A stretch of DNA of 64,000 nucleotides from positions 1,738,001 to 1,802,000 of the forward strand of contig NW_024704742.1 of the NCBI RefSeq assembly GCF_018977255.1, read 5' to 3'. The position numbers and the translations under genes are program-made. The notes under the pieces are model-generated. The model searched no databases. It was given only the letters and a program-made list of their open reading frames with translations, and was not told the origin of the DNA. This DNA is from Callorhinchus milii. Its lineage: Eukaryota. Shown piece after piece: positions 38,280 through 51,435 of the stretch (its first letter is position 1; every line of letters begins with the position of its first letter).

Positions 38280-38595
38280 GTCGAGGCGTCTCATGAATGG
38301 TTTCGACGTAATTGGACATTTTGTGGACGAAACGAGGCAGCCAACTGCGCACTGCAGTGTCCCACAAACAGTCGTGGATTGAGTGACCAAATTATTATGA
38401 ATTTTTTTTTGAGTGATTATTATCCCCGTAAAAGCGAACTCCCAATCGACTGACAACTGGGTTCCTAGTTACTGCTGGGTAAACTGAGGCGTGTGTGTGG
38501 AGTAAGGAAACTTGCCCGATGTTTCACCCTGTCCGGGAATCAAACCCAGGTCCTCCCGCTTGCGAGGCGAGTGCTCTAACCCCTGAGCAACAGCA
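38280..38595 (-). mobile_element. Young Deu-domain SINE (long subfamily), head present, tail degraded
   Basis: Reverse complement: gctgttgctcaggggttagagcactcgcctcgcaagcgggaggacctgggtttgattcccgg...tccacgactgtttgtgggacactg. Confidence 0.85.
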
Positions 38596-39499
38596 CATGA
38601 AAGGTGCTCTGCCAAAGAATTATTATTAGCGCCTTTCACCCCAGGACAACATCTTGTCAAACCATTTTGTCAAAACGGTTACAGGATATACTGCAAGGTG
38701 TGAAGTACTGTGTAATTTGTTGATAAATCTGTTGGCAGAATTGTGTTCCTGCAAATTCTGTGTTTGAAATAGTGTTCAGGTCGGGTTTGCTGCTAACTGT
38801 GTGTGAAAGAGTATCGCAGATCAGCTTAATCATACAATCAAAAACCACTGCAGAGGATTTATAGTCATCTGGAAACATTTACATTGGTTATTATATCAAT
38901 CAAGAACATCTGTAACTCTTAGATTAATCACGTGGGCTGCTATCAATAGCTACAAATTCACCATAATCAGATTCACCCAACGATGACCATTAAACTCTGT
39001 AACTGGTTCAGAAATGCAATAAATCCGATGGGTTTTTAGTAAAAATTTTTTAGTCCCTGATTTCTAAATGATTGCTAAATTAAATCCTACCGATTTGGAA
39101 AAAGGACCTTTCCTACAGAGCGATGTATAAATCAACCTTGCTCTGTCTGTTGAAAAGCCGTGCATCTTGCAGTCAATGCTATTGCTACATTTGGTCAACG
39201 CATTAATAAATCTGTAGAGGAACGATATTATTCATCACGACTATATATTTTTTTCTCTCTGTCAGTGAGGCAAAGCCGTTAGCCTTCCAGAAACATAATC
39301 TGCCATTATTGTCCAGAGATTTATGACTCTAGACATTGTCCGGACCCTCAGTCTGATTGAACACTTCTGTAGAAAAAGACTTTGGAGAATGCTTTTCCTA
39401 TGTTGGTAAATGTACAAGTGTTTGCTGGTGTGCGTACTTGCAGTGGGAATGTATTCATTGTGATGATAATTAATAGTTCCCTCAACTCCCTTCCCCTTT

Positions 39500-39780
39500 G
39501 AATTACTTTTGGCCTAAATATAAGATAAACAATACCGGATCTAAAAGGGCGTTTCCGAGGAACATCTTCAAGCAGCGTACGGTGGTGAGAATGTAGATCT
39601 TGTGGTCGAAGGAAAAAAAAAACGGGAATGTATTGAAGAGGAACTTGATGGGGGAGAAGGGAGTAGAGGCTGTAATAGAGGAAATTAGTTGAGGGCTCAT
39701 GTGGAGTATAAACACTGGCGCTGACTAGTTGGGTCGAGTGCCCTTTTCCTGTGCCATGGCGCTCTGTGTAATTCTGTGTC
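39500..39780 (+). mobile_element. CR1 LINE 3' end
   Basis: ...gggctcatgtggagtataaacactggcgctgactagttgggtcgagtgcccttttcctgtgcc...ctgtgtaattctgtg is a CR1-type 3' UTR. Confidence 0.65.
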
Positions 39781-40146
39781 ATTTCTGGAATACAAAATAA
39801 AGCAAAAGACCATGTTTAGCAGTGCTGGAAGTAACGAGATTATTTGTTTCAGACATTGTGTAATGACCGCTGTTCTCTCGAGGCAGCTCCAGATACAGAT
39901 TCAGGAAACTGTCGACTCGCTTACTGCAGACTGGCACAGGTGCTTGAGAACTGAGACATTTCAGTAAGTTTCTCCCAAGCTGGAATAACTCGCGTAGGAA
40001 GACGCCATGCGTGGTTAATCTGTACTCTGTGCGGAAAGCGCCTTGATCACTCATATTTTTTGAAAAAGTCTCCTCTTGAAGACAAGACAACCTTTTCGAT
40101 GGCAGTGCATTTGCTTGTAAGCACAAAGCCAGTTGTTCTCTTCAAT

Positions 40147-40236
40147 GGAAACGGAAGCAGAAGTGACTGGGAACACTCGGCAGATCAGGCAACGTCTATG
40201 GAGAAAGGAAAGTGAGTCAATGGTTCGGGTCCATGG
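40147..40236 (-). mobile_element. Penelope-like pseudo-LTR fragment, truncated within hammerhead helix II
   Basis: gactgggaacactcggcagatcaggcaacgtctatggagaaaggaaagtgagtcaatggttcgggtccatg, homologous to 19248-19351. Confidence 0.7.
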
Positions 40237-40777
40237 GGGGGAAGCAGGGTGAGGACGACAAAGGAGAAAATAATTGACCGCCATGTTCAAACCCAAGGCT
40301 CACAGCGACTCCAATTTATAGAATATCCCGTGAAGCTCGTCCTGAGGCGCTGCACCAAATGTAAGGATTATCGTTACCATCTCAAGGTATAATGTCAGCT
40401 CAAGGCTCATTGTGGGACCTCGGTGTGCACAATAGGACTGCCGTGTTTGCCTGCGAAATAACTCTTGAAAGTAATAAATGTAAAGAGCTTTACGACATTT
40501 CAACGAAATGATGCCAAACAAAAGTGTTGGTTTTTTTTTTCCACTTCGAATCAAACCCTGGGTCCCAGGCCTATTCCTGTTCCGCCACCAGTCACTCCAT
40601 CTCATCTCAGAAACACTCGTGCTCCTGGCCCCAACTTCCATCCAATTACAATCCTGGCTTATGAGGCAAGTCTCTCCTTTGTGAAGACTGTAAAGGCCGC
40701 CCTGTGCAGTCTAAATTACAGAGCAATTTGTCCGAAAGGGCTTCTTACTCCAACCTCTCTTGTGATTACAGTCTGGA

Positions 40778-41112
40778 ATAATAACAATCCTTGCATTTGA
40801 TACAGCGCCTCATCACGTCTTCGAGACATCTCAAAGCGCTTCACAGAATAGACTGTAAAGTGAATTGACTGATTATTTTGCGGGCGAAACGTTAGGCAAG
40901 TTTCCTTACTCCACACGCCTCTGTTTACCCAGCAGTAAGTAGGAACCTGGTGGTTAGTCGTTTTTGGTGGATCGCTTTTCCAGGTGTAATAATCCCTTCG
41001 AAAAATAAATAAATAAATAAATTGATAATAATTTGGTCACTCAACCCACGGCTGTTTGTGGGGACGCTGCTGTGCGCAATCGGCTGCCGCGTTTTGCCCA
41101 CAAAACATACAG
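40778..41112. mobile_element. Rearranged SINE: minus-strand tail joined to plus-strand body
   Basis: 40778-40890 is the reverse-complement tail and 40882-41112 is forward body; the two overlap at gggcgaaac. Confidence 0.85.
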
Positions 41113-42899
41113 TCTGGTCAGCCAGGTGTCTGACACATGAGGAAACTTCATTGTGCATAATTAATTCATGCTTAAGGGTTTCCTAACCATGAGAAAACTC
41201 AATGCCATGTTTAAGAGGATTCCATGCATCCCGCCGTTACGTGGACATTTAGGAAATATTTATTCAAATGGAATATACACATCTATCATCCTGCTAAATT
41301 GAGTCTAAAAGCCATAAGGAAAGCTCATCTGATCTTGGATTATAGAGATCGTTTGTGAATCCACAGTAATGCGTCAGCACATCTTGATTACATTCGTTAA
41401 TTCTCACCAGCGGTAAATACTTACCTAATGCGATACTTGAAGAGACATTGTTGTCTCCTCTACCCTTCTTTCAAATTAGAACAGTCCCTTGTGAATGCAG
41501 AAGTACAGATTAAAGCTCGCTCTACCTATGAGTGTTTACAGACTGGAGTAGATCATTCAGAGAGAGTGGGGCTGTGGTCTCTGGCACTGGCTTTATGCCA
41601 CGTGATTCTGACGTTCATTGCTAAATGTGTGTTACGCACAGGTGCTGTGAATCCCTTTAAAGCACAAGACTTGGAGGATATTCACGCCTGGTGCAGTATA
41701 AGCAGGAGATGCAGTGGCCATGAATCTCTCTAGGGCACTATTGTTCCATTACACAAATCTACAGTCAATTCACTTTACAGTATATTCCGTGAAGCGCTTT
41801 GAGACGTCTTGAAGATGTGAAAAGCGCTATATTAAATGCAAGGATTATTATTATCATTATTACACCAGGAGGTGGATAATACCTGGCACAGTACAAATGG
41901 GATAAGTGCTACTTGCAATGGACTCTCGTCCATGAGCTTCACTCGAAGCACCCCAAACTTTGAACAAACTCATCGCTGTTTGTTGACGGGTTGAATGGAT
42001 CTTCACAATTTCGCCACAATTCACAAAGTATCAGCAGAAAGCCAATTTAATTTGGGCTTTCTGCTGATACTGGCCATGTATTATTATCCCCGTGGAACGT
42101 GGTGTTTTGGTTTCGTTCCAAATTTGCAGTGATGTGTACTGGCAATCGTAAATCCGGCTTCCTGCTGGATCTCCCTATTCTGCTGGCAGTAACAGTACCA
42201 CGTAAGGCAAGTGAGGTTTGCAGAGCTGAGTCTGCTTCCACTGGATGAAAAAACTGAGATGGCACATGGTTAGAGGTTTAAGATGCCAAGGAGCTTAGTT
42301 GGTTCACATGCAGACTACCTGACTTGACCTGCACGGATAGAATAAAAGCACTTGGATTTAATACTCACACACGGTAGATGAGCTCCCATCAACCCGGCAG
42401 ATGAAGCACGCACGCAAAGTCAGCACTGCTTTTTTTTTGTTACGGCCATGAAACAAGAGCTGAACTCGGTGCTGGATCAGTAATAAGGGTCAAGCCATTC
42501 TGCTTATCAAGACATTAGTTTGATAACTAACAAATTAAACCTATTCAGAAGATGGGATCAGACAGATTCGAGAAGAGAATCTCTGACACTCTCTCCCTAC
42601 CAGTAGCAAGGCGATGGACGTAATTGGTCTCTTGTATCTCACAATGATCTACGTTGCATTCACAGGCTGCCTGAAGGAGGGATAACAGGGACTGTCCTGC
42701 TTAAAGCAAAATTTCTTTATTTTTAATTGGAAATCTGAACCTGTGAAGAAAGAAACCTTATTATAAAAGAATTAGCTACGTCTCTCGGGCCTCACTTCTA
42801 ATCCCGCGCACTTTCAAGGCGTCCTTTTCATACGATCGGTAGTAAGAATAATCCTTGCATTTCATGGAACAACTGCACCGTCAATGTCTCAATGAGCTT

Positions 42900-43270
42900 C
42901 ACAGTTAATTCTTCAAACTCTACATCCAGGTTCTCACTCGCTCTCCTTTCCCTCACCTTCGTAACGTTGTCTGCCTCGACCCTCGCCCTCAAGTTGTTCA
43001 GATCTTCATCCGTTTCTTCAGCATCTTCAGGTTCAATTACTCTAATGCCACCCCCGACTGACTCCCTCGCTCATCCCCACACAAGCTGCAGCCAACGCTT
43101 AACTCTTCAGCCCAAATTCTCTCCCGCACCAGACTCTGTAAACCCATCACCCACATCCTGGCTTGGATCCACTCACTACATGTTCCACAGAGGAGTGAGT
43201 TTTTGTCCTCACTTTGAAAAGTCTCTGTGAACCTGCTGTACCCCCTGCTATCCCCAGGCCTCTCCCTCAG
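42900..43270 (+). mobile_element. Degraded L2 ORF2 fragment
   Basis: C-rich L2-type text: ...aggttcaattactctaatgcc...caagctgcagcc...aactcttcagcccaaattctc...cccatcacccacatcctggcttggatccact. Confidence 0.55.
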
Positions 43271-45219
43271 CTCAGCTCGGACTAAATGATCAACTGCATT
43301 CGTGACTGGGACAGGTTACTAGGAAGGGTGATTGGGACCACAAAACTGGACTGGAAGGACACTGGGATAAGTATTTTGCAGGATGAAATCAAATGGACTA
43401 AAATCGATCAATCGATCTCGTGAAGATATTTTTTGGCGCGTGAAAGGAAAATGAAAAACACGGATGATTGACTTTGTGGTCATCCCCCCAAAAAATAACT
43501 ATCTGATGATGAAATGAAACGTACCCACCTGCCGTTTTTATTTTAGAGTAACATTTCAGATTCCGAAACCCACGCGAGAGAAATTCCACCCGGGTTTAGA
43601 ATTGATTCTGTTCCAGAGCGTCAATTCACTTGACGTTTTGGAAAAAAAAGGTATTAAGTTTTGAAGCTGTGCGATATGGAATGCTTAAAAATAGACAGTC
43701 GTCACCCAGCTGTCGCCTGATCTCTGCGACTGGGCAGAAGAGGTACAGTACAGTAAGCAGGTCCTTTGCCTTGTTACTGCAGTAAAGAAGTCAAAGCAGA
43801 ATCATTTACTTGGCTCATTGAGGCTTTCATTATCGTACAGCTAATGGTGTCCTCCTGGACACTCACCTTATTCAGGAGTTGTAAGCCCAGACACTTTCCG
43901 CTGCTTTAACTAAAATCAGGAAGCCTTGCAATTTGACAAAGGCTGAAGTTATTCGTGTAATGTGATGTTCGGAAACACTTCCTCTCATCGCTTTCCACCC
44001 AGTGAAATGCGGCTGTTTTGGGATTGCTCTGATGTAAAGTTAATCCGCTTGAACATTATTACAATTAGCAAGAGCCAAACCCAAACATGTGGATGCTTTA
44101 TTTGATTAGATGCGTGCTCCCGGACACCGTGGGCAAAATGGGCTGTTCGAAACCTTGTTGCGGGGTTGCCGAAATTGACTGAGGTGAAATATTTTGCTCC
44201 GAATGAAGCTCTGTGCATTGCAACGACTGCGCAACGCAACATGTTGCCTTTGTGCGGAGGGAAGATTTCATGGCCAGAATCGCTAATGCTGCTGTTATAC
44301 CCTTCATCATTTAAGATCCGACTGATGCTGATTTGTTAAAACCAAGTGCTTATAAATTGGACTGAGCAAGGTGTTCCTCCTCTCGACCAGTTTTAACCCC
44401 CCACCTCCCCACCCCCCCACCTCGCCAAGCTAATGGTTGGCAGAGCCTGGAAAAGCTCGCACTGATAGATGTGGCTTTTTGATCGAAATCACCCACTGAG
44501 GTCAAGTGGTAAATGTGTTTCCTTGAGAAATCCAATTTGTTTTGTGTGCGCGAGTACATCTTCCACTGGAGTGAAATTCTACAATGACGGTCGTGTTCAA
44601 CTTGGTTCGAAACAACAATCGTTTGCTGCAGATTATTTCTGCTGTGCTCACATCCCCCTTCGCGTTAAATGGCCATACACCTCATGGTGCAAATCGCTAC
44701 TCCCATTTGCCGGCGAAAAACGTCGCCGTGCTTGACGGCAATTCATCGTGAAACACTCTGGGACCTTTCCGAGTTGGACAAACTCGTGATTCGCTCTCCG
44801 TGGCTTTAAGACATCAATGCACCCAACTACAGCAGACATCGATCTTGTCACTAAGCGCAAACCACCACATTTCTCAGTAGCCTCTCGATGATTTATGAAA
44901 TTAATGGAATTTCTGCTGCGGGTCGCAGTTCAGTCCCTACGAAAGCATCGATCGTTTGCTATGAAATCCAATTCCTGAACCCGTATCTCCATGACATCTG
45001 GATCTGTAGATTACATGTTAATAATTGTTGCTGAGCAGGTACTCGCTTCAAAACGCTCAGTAGTGCCAATGAATCTAAAATGAATGTTAAAAATTAGTGA
45101 TTCTTTATTTGAAGAAAAAGGTGCGTGACTAGGAATAGATTCCCAATACCACTACGATATGGAGAAAATCAGCATTTTAGATTATTGATAATAATAATAA
45201 TTCATATTTTTTTTTAAAA

Positions 45220-45620
45220 AACGGCCACTCACTCCATGGCTGTTTGGAGGCTCACCTACAAAAATACACACAGTCACTGCTTATCACATTATATCCTGAG
45301 AAGCACTTTGAGACATCTCGATGATGTGATAAAGCGCTATATCAAATGTTATTAGTATAATAATAATCCTTGCGTTTGATATAGCGCTTTTCACGTCTTC
45401 TCGACGTCTCAAAGCGCTTCACAGAATATGCTGTAAAGTGAATTGACTGTATATTTGTGGGCGAACGCGGCAGCCAATTGCGCACAGCAATGTCCCACAA
45501 ACAGTCGTGGATTGAAAATGACCAATTTATTATTGTTTTGTTTTGGAGGGATTATTATCAGGCTCTGTGGAGTGAAGAAACTTGCCCAAGGTTTCTAACC
45601 ACTGAGCTACAGGGCTCCAC
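45220..45620. mobile_element. Tail-to-tail SINE pair: + remnant 45220-45350 and - short-subfamily copy 45358-45620
   Basis: ...gataaagcgctatatcaaatg ttattagtataataataatcc ttgcgtttgatatagcgcttttcac... Confidence 0.85.
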
Positions 45621-47939
45621 ATATAATATTATAATTATAGTAACAGTTATCATGGGTCTAAGCATCAAAAACGAAAATGACAAAGTTAGACTTCAATGTG
45701 GATTTTTGGATTCCCTCAGTCCTCGTGTGTTTTTTTTTAAAAGAGGATGGAAAGTCGTCTAATTCAAACGCATGAATGATTTTCCCAAATGTGAAGCTTT
45801 GTTTTTAAATATCATTTGGTGTATTATTTATTCGCAATGATTACAGAGGATGTATTCTGGTTGGTTACACGATGTGCATGCTGCGATTTGCATTATCCAA
45901 TAATGTGCAGCGTAAATAATATCCACCTTTGGAGAATTTCCACCTGCGAAGACGTTAATCTCTGATGATTTCAGGGCGTGCGGAATTTGCCCAACTATTA
46001 AATGCAGCTTCGCTTTTGAAGCTGTGTTTTTTTTTTTGGTGGACTCGATTTTGGAACCTGAGATAATTGGCTTCAAGTACGCGACTGAATTTAAGAAATT
46101 GTCAAATTCTGAACCTTGGGAAAGAAAATAGTGTAATCTAGACCCAGGTGGATTTTCTTTTCTGCCCCGTGAGCGCAAGTGTGCGCGTGTGTGTGTGTGT
46201 GTGGTGTGCGGTGTGCGTGCTTTGTTTGTGCGTGTCTGTGTGCATACTTTAATACAAATCGATAGTCGTTTGTAAATGACAATGCAGTGCCTTATCATGA
46301 AGCGTGCAGAATGAATTCTAATGATGTTCTTAGAGCGAGCGGATTCCTTTTTTAATGGAAAAATCATCTTTCTGTAATTCAGTTTGACTCTTTAACTTCA
46401 CAAGGGGGCATTATTCACCCTGCTGTAGTGTCTGCGTTTGCTCATTAGCACAGCGCTCAGCGACGACCAGAATAATAATCATCGAGTCTTTCTGCCCTGC
46501 TTTGTGCAGAACAAAGAAGCTTATTTTTATGTCTGTGCTTCCAAGAGTAATGAGTTGGAGTAGCAAAGCGCTTAGTGTTGTTTTTGTTTTAGAAAATGAG
46601 ATGGGAAAAACTATCTTGTAATCCAAGTAAATTCATAGTTTTCTTTGTTGTGTGAAAGACGCTCTTCTCCCTCAACACCACCATCTTGTGCCCGGCCTCT
46701 ATCATATTGGTTGTAAGCCACGATTCACAGTCAGTATCTGCCAAACGGTTCCTTACAGTGAATACTTGTTTCCTTTCCTTGTTCGTTAAGCTTCTGTGAT
46801 GACTGAAATTCTGGACACGTTTTCTGGAAACTTAGTGTATTATCACAGGGTTTCCAGTGACTCATCAAACTGGTGCCTTGGCTTTGGATTCCAAAGGCTT
46901 TCTCACACCCTGTCCACTGACTGAATGCATTGGGTTAAACCTTCTTCACAGATCGTCCCTCTGAAAAGTGGAGGTCACCCTTATTGCTCTCCTTTGAACC
47001 GCTTCTAGATTGCGCGTAGTGACCAGAGCTGTACGCCACCATCCAAGTGTGGCCTACTTATATACACTAGGAACATGATGGGGGCTTTCTTGAGATCCTG
47101 TGACTTGTTTACACACAGGGAGCACGTGATGCAAAGTAAGTGATTCCTGGTTGTGTCGGATGCAAGCCTTGTATTTTACGGCATACTTTGATTAATTGGC
47201 CAGGGATATTCTTGCAACTGTAACAGCAATTGGATTAGTGGTGGAGATAAAAGAAGATTGTAATTGGCTTGGAGTCGTGTTAAAAATTCATGATAAATGC
47301 TCACTTACCTTATCGTCAGAGCCGCGTTCAATGAAGACGTGAAACAGAAAGCAACACAACAATGAAAATCCATCTGCTAACTTCTCAATGTTTCTTTTTT
47401 TAGGTCAAATTGATTCAATACTGAAATCGACTTGCGTATTTGCAAGTAACTTGCCTGAGATGAAGCAATGCACTTGAGGAGCAAATCACTCGTTTTAATT
47501 AAGTATTTGATGCATACAAATTAACTTTGTATTTTGTCTCACATTGTTGCAGCTGTTCGATGCAAAACAAGGGGGCGAGAGTTATTAATCACTTATTATT
47601 CAATCTGTTCTGTGGCGGTTTTAACCTGCTTCAGTTACTCTGGCAAACTTTATGCAAAGTAAATAGTAACTATCCTTGCACTTGATTATAGCTCCGTGCA
47701 GAAGGATTCACTGTAAAGTGAAGTAACTGTGTGTTGTACGTGAAATAGACTGCTTGACAGCAGTCCTGTAGATTAACACAACAAGATATTCGGGTGACAA
47801 AATGCAAATGTTTCTTATCTTGGAATTGAAGTCCCCCCCCCACCCCCCACCATGACTATTGTTGGGGAAGCTGGACTTGGATGGGAAAGTGGCGGGAAGT
47901 TTGACAGACAGTGCTTTCGGTGGCAAGTGGTGCGGCTTT

Positions 47940-48150
47940 CGCTGGTCAGACTCCAGCAGTTTACCCCAATGCAAATTATGCGGTCCTCAAGCCTTAGCTC
48001 TTGCCAACCTGGGCCGAACGCTCTCAGCAATTAAGCAAGTTAGGGTGCTTTCCTCTGAGGAGAGTGTGGGCGTTCCATTCCAGACACAGGAATTTCCATG
48101 GGTCGATGGGATGCAAGGAACTCGCAGTCTGGCTTGGACCTTCTTAAGCA
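47940..48150 (-). repeat. Unclassified interspersed repeat (third copy of the 23835 family)
   Basis: caagccttagctcttgccaacctgggccgaac...ggaatttccatgggtcgatgggatgcaaggaactcgcagtctggcttggaccttcttaagca. Confidence 0.7.
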
Positions 48151-51100
48151 CGTTTGTGCGTGTGTCAGACACCCGGCTGACCCCCCCCCCCCCCACCACC
48201 CCCCCAAAAAAAGCATCTTTTGTTACAACAGCATCACATTGGAGTGTTTTTATATACATCTTCCTCTCCACCACATGGGGTGTTTAGTACCTGTGGTTTG
48301 TGCCCACCTAACCTGGAGCTGGTCTATTCTGCGTTCAGTGGTGGTGTAGTCGATCCATAAAATCCACAGTCGTTCTGCTTTTCACTCACTTTGGTAATGG
48401 AGTCAATTTTGCGGTATTTATTAATTGATCTTTTAATTACGATGTGGATTTTTTTCCTGCTCCATGCGCACTGCTTCCTAGGATCTTGTCAATTTCTTAT
48501 CGATTCTTAGAAGCTTCTCTTCCCCTCCCAGCAACCTATTTTCTTGCCTTTCAAGCCGGCGGATCACAGTGTGACACCACGTCGAACGAGTTTGCTAAAT
48601 ATATAGCATTCGCTGAGCTTCCCTTGTTCACGACTTTGTTTCTTCAAAGAACTTCCAACAGACGTTCACGTACAATTTCCATCCACTATTCCCGTCTCCA
48701 GCTTTCCCTCCAATATCCGATTTGACTGTAATTTCCCGGTTTATTTCCTTTATAAGTTGGTGTGAATCTCCCTGCTCTCCAACCTTTCTCCCTCGCTCCC
48801 TCCGCCACTTTCCCCGACACCATGCGTGTTTTCAGTCAGACCCTAAATACAGTACGTCTGCTGGAATCAGGGGCATTCCTTTGTATGTGTATCTTGATAT
48901 CTAGGCCTGATGCCTTGCCGGTTTTATTCAGTGCCTCGCAAGATGTGAATGGTAGTCATTTCCTATTCATGAACTAAAGCACACACGGTCTTTACGTTCA
49001 CGCTGTCTTTCCTGGCATTATGAAGGTCCTGTCAGCGAGCATAGCATTTGTACTTTTGTTTCACTTGCTGTGATTTTCAACACATTTGGATAGATATGGC
49101 ATGGCTATTGCTGTTGCTGTACAATAACATAGGAGTGTCTTTATTTATCTGCAATATTATGTGCCAGGGATTATGAACGCACCCGAAAACACACATATAC
49201 ATAATTTAACAGCCTTTTTGACACCGTGCAGGAGTATGATATAACTAGATGGCATGGATTTCTTGTTGATGCCTGTTTTGTGGGTCTCCTGACCCTTTTA
49301 TTGCAATGTGTGTTCATTATTCTGGGATCGGGTTGTTGGGGAGAAATAAAAAATTGAGCAGTGAAGCATAGACGTGTATCAGCAATAAATAACCAGAAGG
49401 AAATTGAGTGAGAGTAGTAAGCTTTAACTACACTGTTAGTCTGAGTGACTGTTTTCTTGTAAGTATAAGGGATCCACCTCAAACCAACATTTGACAGATG
49501 ACAGATGATCAGCTGCTGACTGTCCTCTGGGGAGGGGAAAGATAAGTCTCTCAGTCACTCAACTCGCGATGTTCTTGGCAACAGAATATCTGTGTCTAAG
49601 TCAACCAGCCGGGGTCATTGACAGAACTTGGAGGGGCAGACCAGGTATTGGGGGCAGAACCCCTCACTCAAGCCAAAGCCCCAATGGGGAGGGTGGTCTT
49701 AGCTGTCTAAGCATTGGGAAGCTTGCCAGACTTTGTTTTTTTTTTTGACAGCCTTGTAGATACACATAGAAAGCTCTCTCCATGATTAAGAGTATTTAGA
49801 TCAGACTGGGTGTTCCACATGTGCTTGCCACCCACACGTGGGAATTTATCTCCCTGTTTACCTGATTCCAGAGAGTATTAGGCACAAGATGCATTAGAAT
49901 ATACAGCACAGAAACAGGCCATTCGGCCCAACATGAGCCTTCTCCTGCCCGTCCTCAACTAAGCCTTCAAGCATAACCTTCAAGATGGTAAGAACCAAGA
50001 CATGGGAACTCCAGTGTCCATTAGATTACTACTGGAATTTAACGAACTAAAACTGTATAGCTTCCTATTACAAAATCAAGCTGTTTAGTAAGAGTCCAGC
50101 GTTGGTTTCCTCAATCAGCCTTCTGGGTAACCTGGTGTCTCCCTTAAAAAAATCCTTTCACAACCTTACACCTGTGACTATTGCTCTGCTGCCTTTGTTA
50201 ACTCTGAAAATATTATTCAGGATTTATTTTGTCCATAACTCATTCAGTATTTCATATATCTCTATAAGGTCTCCTCGTAGATGTCTCTGTTGACGGCAGA
50301 CGAACCCTCGCTCTTGTTCCTCACTATTGATCATTCTAACACTGGGAAGCAGCTCTCCTCTTCGCTGTCTGTAAGGCCCAGACAATCTCTTGTGTTGCCG
50401 TGTCCAGAATCATACACTGAACTCCAGCCTCACCACGTGTACTGCCCGCGAATTTGTATTTAACCCGTAGGAAGGTGACGAGCAGATTTCAGTGGAAACT
50501 GAGGACAGAATTAGTCTTGTGAATGAGATGGTTTGCTTCTAAATTCCTTTTATTGTTGAAAAACTTTACATTGAATGACAATACCGTACATTGCGCTGGT
50601 CACACGAAGGCTTTAAGAATGCTTTAATTTGTTTTCTGACGTGATTCTGTTTGACAAACATTGTTTTACGTGCATGGAGTAAAGTTGGCCCGTAATAAAT
50701 CTTAACTTCTCTCAAGTTGGCATTTGATTTGGAAATGTTCTGTATGTGAAGGGTAACACCAACTCTCTGATGATTTGTTTTCTAATGGATATCTGGAGCG
50801 TGTAAATTGAAATTCAAAAATGTTGTTAATCCTGCCACTTGTCTATGGCTCCACTTTATCAATATATCAACCAAAGTTATAGCTGAGACTTTCATGGCTA
50901 GTTCTGTAATTTACCACCATGTGCTACTGCATTTTGATACAAGGAGTAAATCTAGCAAAGAGTTGTATTTAATCTGGACAATGACACGTCCTGTTTATGC
51001 CCAGTGATGTGAAGCCTTTAATGACAGAAAAAATACCTGCAATGCATAATAATAATTGCAACAATAATAGTCATAATCCTATCAGTGTTAACCGAGGGTT

Positions 51101-51435
51101 GCCTTGCAATCAAGTGACCTTGTGGGTTTGCCATTTCAACAGGAGGAACCAACTTCGATTCGATCTCGCCCCCTCGCCCCACCGTTTGAAGACTTCCGGC
51201 TTTTCACGCTTTCCTCTGGGTACAATTCCACCAGTTCCAGGTCCCACTTTGCCCAAGAAGTCATTGTTAATGCGGGTCAACAAGCTATTCAACAACCCCA
51301 CCCGAGCCTGATCCTATCCTCACCCGACTTGCATTCATATATACCTTCCGGAGGTGAGCCTCTGGAAAGGGGTCAGAAGCTGAAACCCTGACTGATTTTC
51401 TCCTTCCCCTACCCACGAGAGCTGAAGTTAATTTT

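Noticed and set aside
51093..51390. Possible hAT-type element (gagggttgcc...gaaaccctg)
   Set aside because: Terminal match too short and imperfect, with no 8-bp target-site duplication.
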